A stretch of 64,000 nucleotides of DNA from contig CAWETI010000003.1 of the NCBI GenBank assembly GCA_963812015.1, positions 864,001 to 928,000 of the forward strand, in the 5' to 3' direction. The stretch comes from an uncultured delta proteobacterium (GTDB lineage: Bacteria > Desulfobacterota > Desulfobaccia > Desulfobaccales > 0-14-0-80-60-11). Below the pieces are notes generated by a model. It searched no databases. It saw nothing but the letters and a program-made list of their open reading frames with translations, and was not told the DNA's origin. Below, piece by piece: positions 19,685-29,122 of the stretch. Both the position numbers and the translations under genes were made by a program. Numbering within the stretch: position 1 is the first letter of the stretch; every line of letters begins with the position of its first letter.

Positions 19685-19900
19685 CTTGACTTTGCACAAA
19701 GGAGATAGTGCGCATGGACCTCCCTCCTAAACCCCCGATTACTCACTCACGTTCCCACCCGAACTGGAAACTACGAATAGGAAACGGACTAGAATTATAG
19801 CCAAATACCGATACACCTGAACAATCTTGACTTTGCACATAAAAGATCGACTGACCTCTTGCAGCCAAAACCGAATAGTTGAGCTTGGCAAGACTATGAT
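19685..19900 (+). mobile_element. Transposase-less remnants of the IS110 family found at 23026-24173
   Basis: Right-end motif CTTGACTTTGCACAWARRAG at 19685 and 19826; donor-loop homologue at 19735-19787; TTGGCAAG-ACTATGAT at 19885. Confidence 0.7.
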
Positions 19901-20327
19901 CCAGACAGCCTCGGCTGGCCTTGCCATGGCTGGTGTTACCCGCCGACCTCCTTACAAATACAGACATCCCCCCATTAAAAACCCGGTAATCCCCAGACCA
20001 AAATCCGGTTAATTACTTATTTTCAGATTGGCACTGGTCAGACATAGTGCAATCAACCTAAGAATTATTATGGCCAAGACTAAACGAGCCTCTTAGGCTA
20101 GGTCAAGCCAAATAATTTCATGATCGAAGAGGGCGCATGGTCATAATCCTTTCCATTCGTTTTTAAGACATGGTGCAAATCATTCAGTCGGTAGGCGAGG
20201 ATTTTTTAGTGTCTAACCGTTCCCGACCTCGGGTTCCTTACAGGCGGCGCGCAAGGATTACGCATCAGATGATGCCACTGCTTAATGTCGCACCATACTT
20301 ATACAAGGATCAAGGGTTCAACCTATC

Positions 20328-21122
20328 ATGAATCAGCACGTTGCCCGCTCCAGAGAGGTCTCCCGCCTCAATTACTATGCCTGGGCGCTCCTGGCCTTGT
20401 GGACCGTAGTGGTGGCGATATCCTTTTGGTGGAACCTGGCCCAGCAGCGGCCGGAGACTATCGTGGACCTCTGGTTGGTGCATGGTCTCTTGTGGCTTCT
20501 GGGCTCTGGGGGGATCATTTTTTGTTTCAACCGCCTGCGGATATCTCATGAGCGCATCATTACTTTGATGTATACCGACTCGTTGACTGGCGTCGCCAAC
20601 CGACGCATCTTCCTGGAGAGCCTGGGCGGCGCCATCTCCTTTGCTCAGAGGCACCAGACTCCCCTGTCCATCATCATGGCCGACCTGGACGACTTCAAGT
20701 CCATCAACGATACTTTTGGTCATAACGAGGGGGACCAGGTGCTCCAGGCTTTTGCCATACTCTTGATGGAAGATAGCCGGCAGGAGGACTTGATCGCGCG
20801 CTGGGGCGGAGAAGAATTTATTATGATGCTCCCAGGCATCAGCGCCAAGGAAGCAGCCATTTTTGCTGAGCGTCTCCGGCATCGTTTGGAGGAGATAACC
20901 TTCCCTGACCCCGACACCAGGTTGACCGCCAGTTTCGGCGTGTCCGAATTTCAGCCAGGAGATACCAGCACCAGTTTTATCGAAAGGGCAGATCAGGCGT
21001 TATACGAGGCCAAGAGGTTGGGAAAGAATCAGGTCACTTTCCTGGAAAACGAGGCAAAGCAGGTTGCGGAGGAAAAGCAAAGGTTACTCGATTTTGTGAG
21101 TCACTTGGCCCGTGACGTTTAG
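20328..21122 (+). CDS. Membrane-anchored diguanylate cyclase (GGDEF)
   Basis: Two TMs, DSLTG..NRR, DLDDFKSINDTFGHNEGD, I-site RQED, active site GGEEF. Confidence 0.95.
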   Translation: MNQHVARSREVSRLNYYAWALLALWTVVVAISFWWNLAQQRPETIVDLWLVHGLLWLLGSGGIIFCFNRLRISHERIITLMYTDSLTGVANRRIFLESLGGAISFAQRHQTPLSIIMADLDDFKSINDTFGHNEGDQVLQAFAILLMEDSRQEDLIARWGGEEFIMMLPGISAKEAAIFAERLRHRLEEITFPDPDTRLTASFGVSEFQPGDTSTSFIERADQALYEAKRLGKNQVTFLENEAKQVAEEKQRLLDFVSHLARDV

Positions 21123-21258
21123 GAAAAATGGCTAACGGTTACGAGGGGGCAAAGAGCCCCAAATGAAGAAGTCCAGTTTAAGGATGGCCTTATCAAGGTG
21201 GATGGACTCCTGCCCCGGGGCCTCTTTTTCATTTTATGACTAAATTGTAACTATCTGC

Positions 21259-21480
21259 TTCTACGTGAATTCCTTTTGTCAAGCCTTTTTGTCCTCCAAG
21301 TAGTTAAACCTCCCATCCCTGAGCCTGAGGTTAACAGGCCATCCCTTTGCCGTCGGCCTGCTTCCCAACCAGCATGACCCCGGAAGAGGTGTCAAGGTCG
21401 CGCAGCGCCATAGGGAAACCTTGACACCACGACGGGGCATGCTATTAACTCCTGGCCGAGGCGGATCGCCCAGTACTCAC
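21259..21480 (-). mobile_element. Right-end remnant of the IS110 family found at 26474-28182, interrupted by IS3
   Basis: ~200 bp homologous to 26474-26690, including the GGTGTCAAGGT...ACCTTGACACC hairpin; weak homology resumes after 22863. Confidence 0.8.
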
Positions 21481-21547
21481 TGGTTTGGTCTACAATTCCC
21501 TTGGACACCGATTTGGGTAAAATAAGCTCATCCCAGGAGGTGTCGCA

Positions 21548-21931
21548 ATGGATCAGAATAATGGTTCGCAGCCAGGACCATCGGCCGGAGCCCGTAGGGC
21601 GACCGGAGATGGCCCTGGCCAGAGGGAACAAAAACGTTTTTCCACCCGGCGTAAAGTTGAAATCGTCTTGCGGTTGCTGCGAGGTGAAGATCTGGAACTA
21701 CTTTCCCGGGAACTGGGCGTGACCGCGGCCAGACTCTCCCTTTGGCGAGAGCAATTCCTGACCGCCGGACGGACAGTGCTGAAGAAACCTCCCCAGGACG
21801 CCCGAGACCCGGAGATCGCCCGGCTGCAACAAAAGCTGGGCGAAGTCACCATGGATAACGAGTTCCTCCAGAAGAAGATTGAGCACCTGGAGGACGGCCG
21901 CCCTTTACCGCGGCGGAGGTTGAGGAGATGA
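21548..21931 (+). CDS. IS3-family OrfA (HTH + leucine zipper)
   Basis: RFSTRRKVEIVLRLLRGE...SRELGV...W; EIARLQQKLGEVTMDNEFL. Confidence 0.88.
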   Translation: MDQNNGSQPGPSAGARRATGDGPGQREQKRFSTRRKVEIVLRLLRGEDLELLSRELGVTAARLSLWREQFLTAGRTVLKKPPQDARDPEIARLQQKLGEVTMDNEFLQKKIEHLEDGRPLPRRRLRR

Positions 21932-22818
21932 GCCGGACCACCTCGCCCTCCACGCAGAAACCTTATTCCCTGGTCCGGGTTTGTCGGGTCTGGCGCCTGG
22001 GACGCTCCACCGTGTACTGGCAGCGCCTCCCAAAGACGCAGGCCGCCACCCGCCCAGGACCGCGGGGACCCTGTGCCGATGATGACTTGGCGCAGCATAT
22101 CAGAACCATCCTGGCCGGCTCCCCCTTCCATGGCGAAGGATACCGCAAGGTATGGGCCAGACAGCGCTATGCCGGCCTCAGGACCTCGAAAAGACGGGTT
22201 TTGCGTCTGATGCGAGAGTGCCAGCTCCTGGCTCCCCACCGTCGGGGATGCTCCCCCGGACCCCGGGTCCATGACGGCACCATCACCACCACCCGGGTCA
22301 ATGACATGTGGGGCACCGATATGACCTCTACCTTTACTGCTGAAGAAGGCCAGGCGGCAATCTTCTTCGCAGTAGATCATTGCTCCATGGAATGCACCGG
22401 CATCCACGCGGCCAAGCGCGGGACCCGCTTCGAGGCCCTGGAACCCCTCAGGCAAGGGGTCAAAGAATACTTCGGCCACTTCGCACCCAACGCCGCCCAG
22501 GGCCTGACCCTGCGGCATGACCACGGCAGCCAGTATCTATCCCATGACTTTCAGACGGAAATCGCTTTCCTGGGCATCGAAAGCTCACCGGCATTTGTCA
22601 GGGCTCCCGAAGGCAACGGTTGCGCCGAACGCTTTGTCCGCCTCCCCAAGGAAAACCTGCTCTGGGTGAGGACTTTCGCCACCGTGGAGGAACTGCGCCT
22701 GGCCCTCCTGGACTTTAAGCGGACCTACAACGAAAACTGGATCATCCAGCGCCATGGCTACAAAACCCCGGCCCAGGTGCGCCGGGGACAATCTCAGGTG
22801 TTGCCCCTGGCCGCCTGA
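21928..22818 (+). CDS. IS3-family OrfB DDE transposase (rve)
   Basis: GYRKVW, WGTDMT, HDHGSQY and NGCAERF motifs; ATGA overlap with OrfA. Confidence 0.92.
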   Translation: MSRTTSPSTQKPYSLVRVCRVWRLGRSTVYWQRLPKTQAATRPGPRGPCADDDLAQHIRTILAGSPFHGEGYRKVWARQRYAGLRTSKRRVLRLMRECQLLAPHRRGCSPGPRVHDGTITTTRVNDMWGTDMTSTFTAEEGQAAIFFAVDHCSMECTGIHAAKRGTRFEALEPLRQGVKEYFGHFAPNAAQGLTLRHDHGSQYLSHDFQTEIAFLGIESSPAFVRAPEGNGCAERFVRLPKENLLWVRTFATVEELRLALLDFKRTYNENWIIQRHGYKTPAQVRRGQSQVLPLAA

Positions 22819-23120
22819 TTTAACCCTTTACTGTGTCCAATAAATTGTGGACCGTTACATCACAAGCAATTTTTTTCAACCTGATGGCCCCTGCCTTTCC
22901 CGCCAGTATCCCGATCTTCTTCTATCTTCGCTGCCTAAAATCATCCTCCCCACAAGGGCCACTGTAGGATATGGAGGTCATATCCGCAGCTTTTGCTTAT
23001 TTTTTGATAAGTGAAGGGTTTGGCAAGTAACTATGATGCAAAGGAAGGCCCTGTCTGCCCTATCGCTTGGTGGCATGCTGGGATCCAGGCCGGTCTAACC
23101 AATCAAGGAGGAGACTGAGA

Positions 23121-23825
23121 ATGAGACGCCCCAAGCATCAGGTTACAAGCGAAGCGGATTTATTTGTCGGAATCGACCTGCATAAAAACAGGTGGCACGT
23201 AACCATTCGGACGGTGGACCTGGAGTTGTTCAGCGCCACCATTCCAGGGACCTGGGAATCTTTGCACCGAGTTTTAGCTCGCCCGGCCATTCCCACCAAG
23301 CGGTCTATGAAGCCGGATAGTTTGGATTCCGGCTTCATGACCGGCTGGTGGATCATTGCATCCCCTGCCTGGTTACTCCTACGAGTCTGGTTCCCAAGGA
23401 GTACGGCAACCGGGTCAAGACCGATCGGCGGGACAGCAGTAAACTGGCGCATCTTTTGGCCAAAGGGATGCTGAAGCGGGTGTGGGGGCCCAGTGAAGGG
23501 GAACGTTATCACCGCCAGGTCATCCGCGCCGCCGGCAGTTAGTCAGGGATCTTACGTGGGCATAACCCCATCCCAATACTCCAGTGCGGATAAGGGGCGC
23601 ATGGGCCGCATCACCGGCATCGGCAAGAATACCCTGAGGGCCATCGTGGTAGAAGCCTCATGGAAACTGATCACCAAGGATCAGGTGATGCGCGAGAAAT
23701 ACGACAGGATCAAAATCCGTTCAGGAGGAAAGCGCGCCATTGTGGCCATTGCCCGCACCCTACTACTACGCATGATAAGAATGTTACTGGATAAACAGGC
23801 ATATGCGCTACAGCTGGCACCTTAG
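23121..23825 (+). pseudogene. IS110-family recombinase pseudogene
   Basis: FVGIDLHK, KTDRRDS and GITP...SS...GRIT...KRAIVAIAR spread over several frames, with an internal deletion. Confidence 0.9.
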
Positions 23826-23863
23826 AAAACATGAGAATCTAAAACCGGTTTAGGGTATGGCGA

Positions 23864-23985
23864 GCTGATTGCTGTGTGTGCTTATAGCCTGCAACCACGT
23901 TGGCAAGTTTGTCAGCCCTATTTGAATACCCCGGATTACTTACTTGCGGTCCCACCTGAAGGGGAACCACGAATAAGAGACTGGC
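23864..23985 (+). ncRNA. Predicted IS110 bridge RNA (target loop 23864-23916, donor loop 23931-23984)
   Basis: GCTGA/TCAGC-closed loop containing TTGGCAAG, identical to the left flank at 23020-23027; CCGG/CTGG-closed loop containing TTACT and ATAAGAG, matching the element ends. Confidence 0.7.
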
Positions 23986-24173
23986 TTGGATTCTAACCGG
24001 ATACCGCAACACCTTTGGAACTTGACTTTGCACATAGGAGTATGTCAGCCTTGTTGAATACCCCGGATTACTTACTTGGGGTCCCACCTAAGCGGGGAAC
24101 CACGAATAGGAGACTGGTTTGGATTCTAAAAGAACACCGGGGCACCTTGCCTGCTTGACTTTGCACATAGGAG
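23908..24173 (+). repeat. Two tandem 133-bp units (23908-24040, 24041-24173)
   Basis: Both start TWTGTCAGCC, share the donor loop and end CTTGACTTTGCACATAGGAG. Confidence 0.9.
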
Positions 24174-24323
24174 TTATCCGCTATTCTTACTTCTCCTCTC
24201 CTTCTGCCCTGACCAGTCCTAATTAATTGGCGACCCCGCTCTATCAAAGTGGGACTTCCGAAATCTTAACTAAACGAATATTAGGGATTCCGAAGGTCAA
24301 ATATAGGGAATTAACCAAATGTT

Positions 24324-24340
24324 ATTAGGGAAACCCTAAT
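24324..24340. promoter_or_regulatory. Palindromic operator, LuxR/NarL-RcsB-box-like
   Basis: ATTAGGG-AAA-CCCTAAT upstream of the acyltransferase; related sites at 24281, 24304 and 19380. Confidence 0.45.
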
Positions 24341-24403
24341 TATCCTGAATTATGGAGGTTAATATAATAAAAAATTTGCCTCATTTCGGATAGGAGTGGA
24401 ATA

Positions 24404-25399
24404 ATGTTATCCCATAGTTATCAAATGGTTAAGTTCTCCCTGAGCCTAAGCAAATTTATGCAAATGAGATTGAACAGCTTTCTGTTCCGTTTCCTCCCCT
24501 TCTCCGTCTCCCGATGGTACCTTATGGTCATGGGAAGGCTTTACTATCTTCTGAACTGTACGGAGAAAACCCTGATCCGGAAAACCATTCACCATGTTTT
24601 TCAAAGAAAATTTCCCGCTCCATTCTTGAATCGGAAGATCAAAGCGGTTTTCACTGGAATCTTCAACCATTACCATGAGAAGCTGTTCGTTGCTTATTCT
24701 AATTTTCCCAGGCTGGTGAAATTCTTGAAATCCCGGGTCAGGTTTACCGGGGAGGAGGGTCTTCAGGCGGCGTTGCAGGCTGGCAAGGGGGTTATCCTGG
24801 TCACCGGTCACTTCGGTGCGGTGGAGTTCCTGCCTGGCGCCCTGGCGTTGAATGGCTACCCCACTTCCATGATCTGTCGTTTCCAAACCAACCGCCTACG
24901 GGAATCCATGGGGGAACGGGCGGAAGCGGTCGGCCTGCACCTTATTGATGCGGACGAGGGCAACATCATTCTGTCAGCAATGCAGGCTCTGAAGAAAGGC
25001 GGCATCCTCATCACCGAATGTGACGAGTTTGATGAGTGGCGGCCTGATCCGAAGCGGGATGGTTCCTTTCTCAAATGCAAGCTGCCTTCAGACCGAACTT
25101 TGGAGCTTTTACAGAAACGCTCGGGTGCCCAGGTCATCACGGCCCTGGTACAAAGGCAAGGGAAGAAACACTATGCCTGCAACTTGACGGCCGTCGGCAA
25201 CGAGGCCTTCCCAGCGAACCCACCCATAAGCGAGCAGTGCTTATTGGTGTTGGAAAAGGCAGTTGAAAATTGCCCAGAGCAGTGGTACCAATGGAAGAAG
25301 TTTGGTGCTATGATCAAACCGCAATTGGAGATCGAGCCTGATCGGTATGCAGCTGGATATCTGCCTGATATTGGGTTTCCAATCCCCGATCAAGTATAA
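24404..25399 (+). CDS. Lysophospholipid/lipid A acyltransferase family protein (LpxL-like)
   Basis: GKGVILVTGHFGAVE and PEQWYQW motifs. Confidence 0.85.
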   Translation: MLSHSYQMVKFSLSLSKFMQMRLNSFLFRFLPFSVSRWYLMVMGRLYYLLNCTEKTLIRKTIHHVFQRKFPAPFLNRKIKAVFTGIFNHYHEKLFVAYSNFPRLVKFLKSRVRFTGEEGLQAALQAGKGVILVTGHFGAVEFLPGALALNGYPTSMICRFQTNRLRESMGERAEAVGLHLIDADEGNIILSAMQALKKGGILITECDEFDEWRPDPKRDGSFLKCKLPSDRTLELLQKRSGAQVITALVQRQGKKHYACNLTAVGNEAFPANPPISEQCLLVLEKAVENCPEQWYQWKKFGAMIKPQLEIEPDRYAAGYLPDIGFPIPDQV

Positions 25400-25586
25400 T
25401 CTGGCTGCTAATGAAGGCATCAGATGGGAGCTGGGCTGCCCCGCCTTCCCTGGTTGTCCCTCTACGTCACTTAAAAGGCCCGTGTCAGTCTGATATATTA
25501 GTTGCATATTGGGGAGTCATTTTGTTGCTTACCAAAGGAACTCGAGCAATATAATCATTTATTTCCATTTATAATAGAAGTAACCT

Positions 25587-26282
25587 ATGAGTAACAAAGT
25601 GTTCTTGGTTAAATATTTTCTGACCTATGATGTTATCAATGAAGCAATTCCCTATCAAAAATTTATGGAAGGTCTCATTAGAGCATGTGAGGCAAAAAAG
25701 GGAGATTTCATCATTGACGCCGGTTTGTGAACTGGTAATGTATGTATAAGATTAAAAGAGTCTGGATCAAAGCCAGTCAGATTCGATTTTTCTGAGAAGG
25801 CTATAAAGATTCATATGGTTAAAGACCAAGATGCAGAAGCAAATATTGGTTACCTTACGAATACGTTATCTTTTCAAAATAATTCTTTTGATAAAGTGGT
25901 TTCATAAAAATTTTATATACTATTAAAAAGAGTATCATGGTAGATGTTAGGAAATAAGGATATTAAAATATAATAGCAAATGCATTGTTGCTAATGTTTA
26001 TAACGGTTTTAATCCTCTATTGATTCTTTACGACCATTTAAACAGTAAATAAAAGCAAAAATGGTATTTAGAACAGCAAGAGAATTGCCACGAAATGTTT
26101 GCGCTATTGGCAAAATGTTTTATTATAGCTATTGTTTAATTAGGAAAGAAAGAAATGGCAAATATGCATGTATGCAAGAAGGCGATCAGAGAAACTTATT
26201 ATTGCAGAATTATTTTAGAAATATCACAAGTGCAATAAAAATCTATTCGAATCAAAGTTATTTTGATATAGGAATTAAATAA
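25587..26282 (+). pseudogene. Decayed class I SAM methyltransferase, AT-rich
   Basis: IIDAGL*TGN (motif I with TGA) and FQNNSFDKVVS* followed by further stops. Confidence 0.65.
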
Positions 26283-26764
26283 TCATTAGCCATTCTTAAT
26301 GCATAACCCCACCTGAACGCATGCATTTCCACTGTTGCGGAAGGAAATCATAAAAATGGGGGCTAAAGCACAGGCTCTACAGGCTGCTTGTCCGGCGGTT
26401 CGGGCCACAGAAACCCACCCTTGATTTTGGTCCGGGCTCATTTTTCACGGAGAGGGATAATTCAAGGTTACTGCTTCTATGTGGGTTCCTCTTGTCAAGC
26501 CTTTTTTGTCTTCCGGGCAGTTAAACCTCCATCCCTGAGCCCGAGGTCAAAAGGCCATCCCTTCGCCGTCGGCCTGCTTCCCCAGCCGCATGCCCAGGAA
26601 GAGGTGTCAAGGTCGCAGGGCGCCGCAGGGAAACCTTGACACCTCGACGGGGCATGCTAAAAACCTCAGACCGAGGCGAAGAGAGCTATCCTCCTAGGCA
26701 ATTTTTGTTAGAGACCTGTGAGCCGTTTTGGTTGGTTGGTTCCGGTAAATCGATGGGGCCAAAG

Positions 26765-26912
26765 CCCCCATCAAGCTTCTATCCGTGCTGACTCTTAGTC
26801 AGGCACCGCATGCTGCATGCGCGGGGTTGCGCTGCGGGGAACCGATTGCTGAAGCGCCCACTCTATGAAAACGGTGACTCAAGAGCACCCAGCAGTTACA
26901 CGGGCGACTTCA
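26765..26912 (-). ncRNA. Predicted IS110 bridge RNA
   Basis: Target loop guides at 26891-26899 and 26861-26866 match the two flanks; donor loop guides at 26810-26814 and 26776-26782 match the two element ends. Confidence 0.75.
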
Positions 26913-26948
26913 CCAACCAAAACTTCTACATCAACTCCGTATTCTGGG

Positions 26949-28100
26949 TTAAATTGCCAGTGGCCTTACCTGGGCTCCTTCCGGGACCACCCCGTACTCC
27001 AGAAAACGCCACAGATCGATGAGCAGCCGCCGGGCCAGGGCCACGATGCCGATGCGTCGCATGCGGCTCCCGCCAGCGGCAAACCTTTCCAGGAACCACC
27101 GGCTTAACTTGCTTCGGGGTTGAAACCGCAGCCAGGCCCAGGCGATCTCAATGGCCAGGGTGCGCACCCTCCGGTTACCCGCTTTACTGATCCCTTGTTC
27201 TCGCAACCTCTTGCCGCTGTCGTAAGGGGTAGAGGTCAGGCCCGCCAGGGCGGCCACTTCCCGGCGGTTCCGAAAACGGCGCCAGCCGAAAAACTCCATG
27301 ACGAAGGTCCAGGAACTTACCGGGCCGATCCCGGGCAGCCTCAGGAGCTGGGCCACTTGCGCCATCCTGGCGTTCTCTACTTTAAGAAGCTGCGTTTTCT
27401 CTTTTGCCAGGCCGCTGATCTGCTCCTCCACCATGCGTAGCCGTTCATGCACCCGTACCAGCCGCACCTTCATCTCGGCTGGCAATTCCCGGCCTTCCCA
27501 GGTGCGCATGAGTTCCAACTCCTTGACAAACTTTTTCGTGCTCGGGTTGCTGACACGCAGCCCTTGTTGAATCAAAATCCCATGGATCCGGTTGCGGTGC
27601 CGGGTCCGCTCGCTCTTCAAGGCCTCCAATTCCCGGTGTAAATGCCTGGCGTCCTCATCCTCCCGGCTCGGCACCCGCACCACCCGCCACAGGTGCTTCT
27701 CCCCGCCGTGATAGCGGAGCAGCATGCTCAATAGTTTCCCCGCATCGACCCGGTCGGTTTTCGCCCTCCGCAACCGCCGGTTCACTTCCAGGCTGGCAGA
27801 GTCCACCACCACATTGTCTATCCCGCAGCTGTGCAAATACCGGTGCAGCCAAAAACCGTCACGTCCGGCCTCATAACAGCTCACCGTGTGCACCTTGTCC
27901 CCCATACCGAAATGCCGCTTGGCTCCGATAATCGCTCTTTGGACTTGGGCCAGGTCCCCAGCAGTCACGGTGAGATGCCGCAACTTGCTGCCATCGGTGC
28001 ACGCCATCTTCCAGGTGCTGTTAGCCAGTTCGAAGGCGACGTACAAAACCGGCACCTGGGCGCTCTGTTCTCGACCCTGGTTTCCCTGCTTGTGGTCCAT
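26949..28100 (-). CDS. IS110-family recombinase (RuvC-like DEDD + Tnp20)
   Basis: VAFEL, YEAGRDGFWL, KTDRVDA, LPGIGP, DSG...EQGISKAGN and IVALARRL motifs. Confidence 0.95.
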   Translation of the reverse strand: MDHKQGNQGREQSAQVPVLYVAFELANSTWKMACTDGSKLRHLTVTAGDLAQVQRAIIGAKRHFGMGDKVHTVSCYEAGRDGFWLHRYLHSCGIDNVVVDSASLEVNRRLRRAKTDRVDAGKLLSMLLRYHGGEKHLWRVVRVPSREDEDARHLHRELEALKSERTRHRNRIHGILIQQGLRVSNPSTKKFVKELELMRTWEGRELPAEMKVRLVRVHERLRMVEEQISGLAKEKTQLLKVENARMAQVAQLLRLPGIGPVSSWTFVMEFFGWRRFRNRREVAALAGLTSTPYDSGKRLREQGISKAGNRRVRTLAIEIAWAWLRFQPRSKLSRWFLERFAAGGSRMRRIGIVALARRLLIDLWRFLEYGVVPEGAQVRPLAI

Positions 28101-29122
28101 GGTAAGCCTCCTTTTCCTGTTTTTTTCTTGAGGAACTCCACTTTTATACCAAGAGGCTTACTTAAGGAACCTTTCATAGCATCTATATCTCCGCTCCTTT
28201 GGGTCCTGCCAAAATGCTACGATAGTCTATCCATATATGCTCTTTTTTGGCTGGCCCAGCCGCTTTCTCTGTCGCTTATCGACTTCCGTTGTCCCACGCC
28301 TATGGGGAGTAAAGTAAAGGAGTCAGAGGTTACCCCTGAGCGTTCACCTATGGCCATCTCAGGCGCTTTCCAGGGCGGCTGTGGGGTGTTCTGGGCCTGC
28401 ACCTAGTGAGGGTCTCCGCCGTTTGGCATCTATGATCCGGGCCACGGTCGGGCATGGGGGGGCAACAGGATATGGCGCTAAAGGAGTGGATAGTGGGGCT
28501 GATGCCGGGGGTCTGCAAAAAGCCGGTATCACGTCTCAAAAGGGAGATGGGTGGCCGGGTCAAATGCCCAGCCTCTTTACAAGGATAGGCGCCACCTCAG
28601 GCGCCACTTTTCGGTAAGGGGATTTGAATAACTCTTTTTGGGGGGTGTGGGCCGGCTAATTTCACTGTCGGCGATGGCTATAGGGACACCGGAGACAGGA
28701 GACGGTGTCTGGGTATGGCCGGGAGTCGATAAACTTCGAAAAGATATTGGACAAATGAGGGGGAGGATTCTATAAAAAATATGACTTATATGCAGAAAAT
28801 AGATAGAAAATCTTGCAAATCTGGATATTAAACCAATTTATTCAATAAATCACTGTCTGATTTTCTAATAAAATCAATTAGTTATTATATATTATTTTTG
28901 AGGTAATTAATTAATAAAATAATTTTAATAATTCAATAAAAAAGTTGGCCATAATCATAATAACGTATTGTATTAATTTGTAAATAATGGCTCTCCTGAT
29001 AGATATACGGGATGTGCAAAAAATATTCAAAAACCATAAATTAATCATAAAATTCTTATTCGCTCATGACGGCCCTGGCTCTGGCCAGGAGACGCCCAAC
29101 CGCTTCAAGATTTTTCCTCTTC

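Larger units (their letters stand above)
21481..22859 (+). mobile_element. IS3-family insertion sequence
   Basis: TG...CA ends, imperfect IRs (GGTCYACAATT..TTGGACAC), 4-bp target duplication TCAC (21477-21480, 22860-22863). Confidence 0.9.
23026..24173 (+). mobile_element. IS110/IS1111-type element with a decayed transposase and a duplicated 3' non-coding end
   Basis: Subterminal IRs CTATGATGCAAAG and CTTTGCACATAG; AG core at both ends; the circle junction would give TTGACT-17-TATGAT. Confidence 0.8.
26474..28182 (-). mobile_element. IS110/IS1111-type element, apparently intact, with a long 3' non-coding end
   Basis: Imperfect subterminal IRs (CTATG..GGTTCCT); right end TTGACA...CATAGAAG; boundaries corroborated by guide matches. 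Confidence 0.8.

Noticed and set aside
20328..21122. Hypr GGDEF making 3',3'-cGAMP
   Set aside because: The specificity position is Asp (GHNEGD), not Ser or Thr
23908..24173. Possible CRISPR array (repeated 20-bp motif)
   Set aside because: The units are 133 bp and homologous along their length with no unique spacers, and there are no cas genes; they are explained as IS110 ends
25587..26282. TGA in methyltransferase motif I as selenocysteine
   Set aside because: It replaces a conserved Gly (GGA to TGA) and is followed by several more stops, so this is a pseudogene
26474..26498. Junction promoter for the intact IS110
   Set aside because: TTGACA is present, but the predicted spacing to any -10 box in the joined ends is 13 or 21 bp
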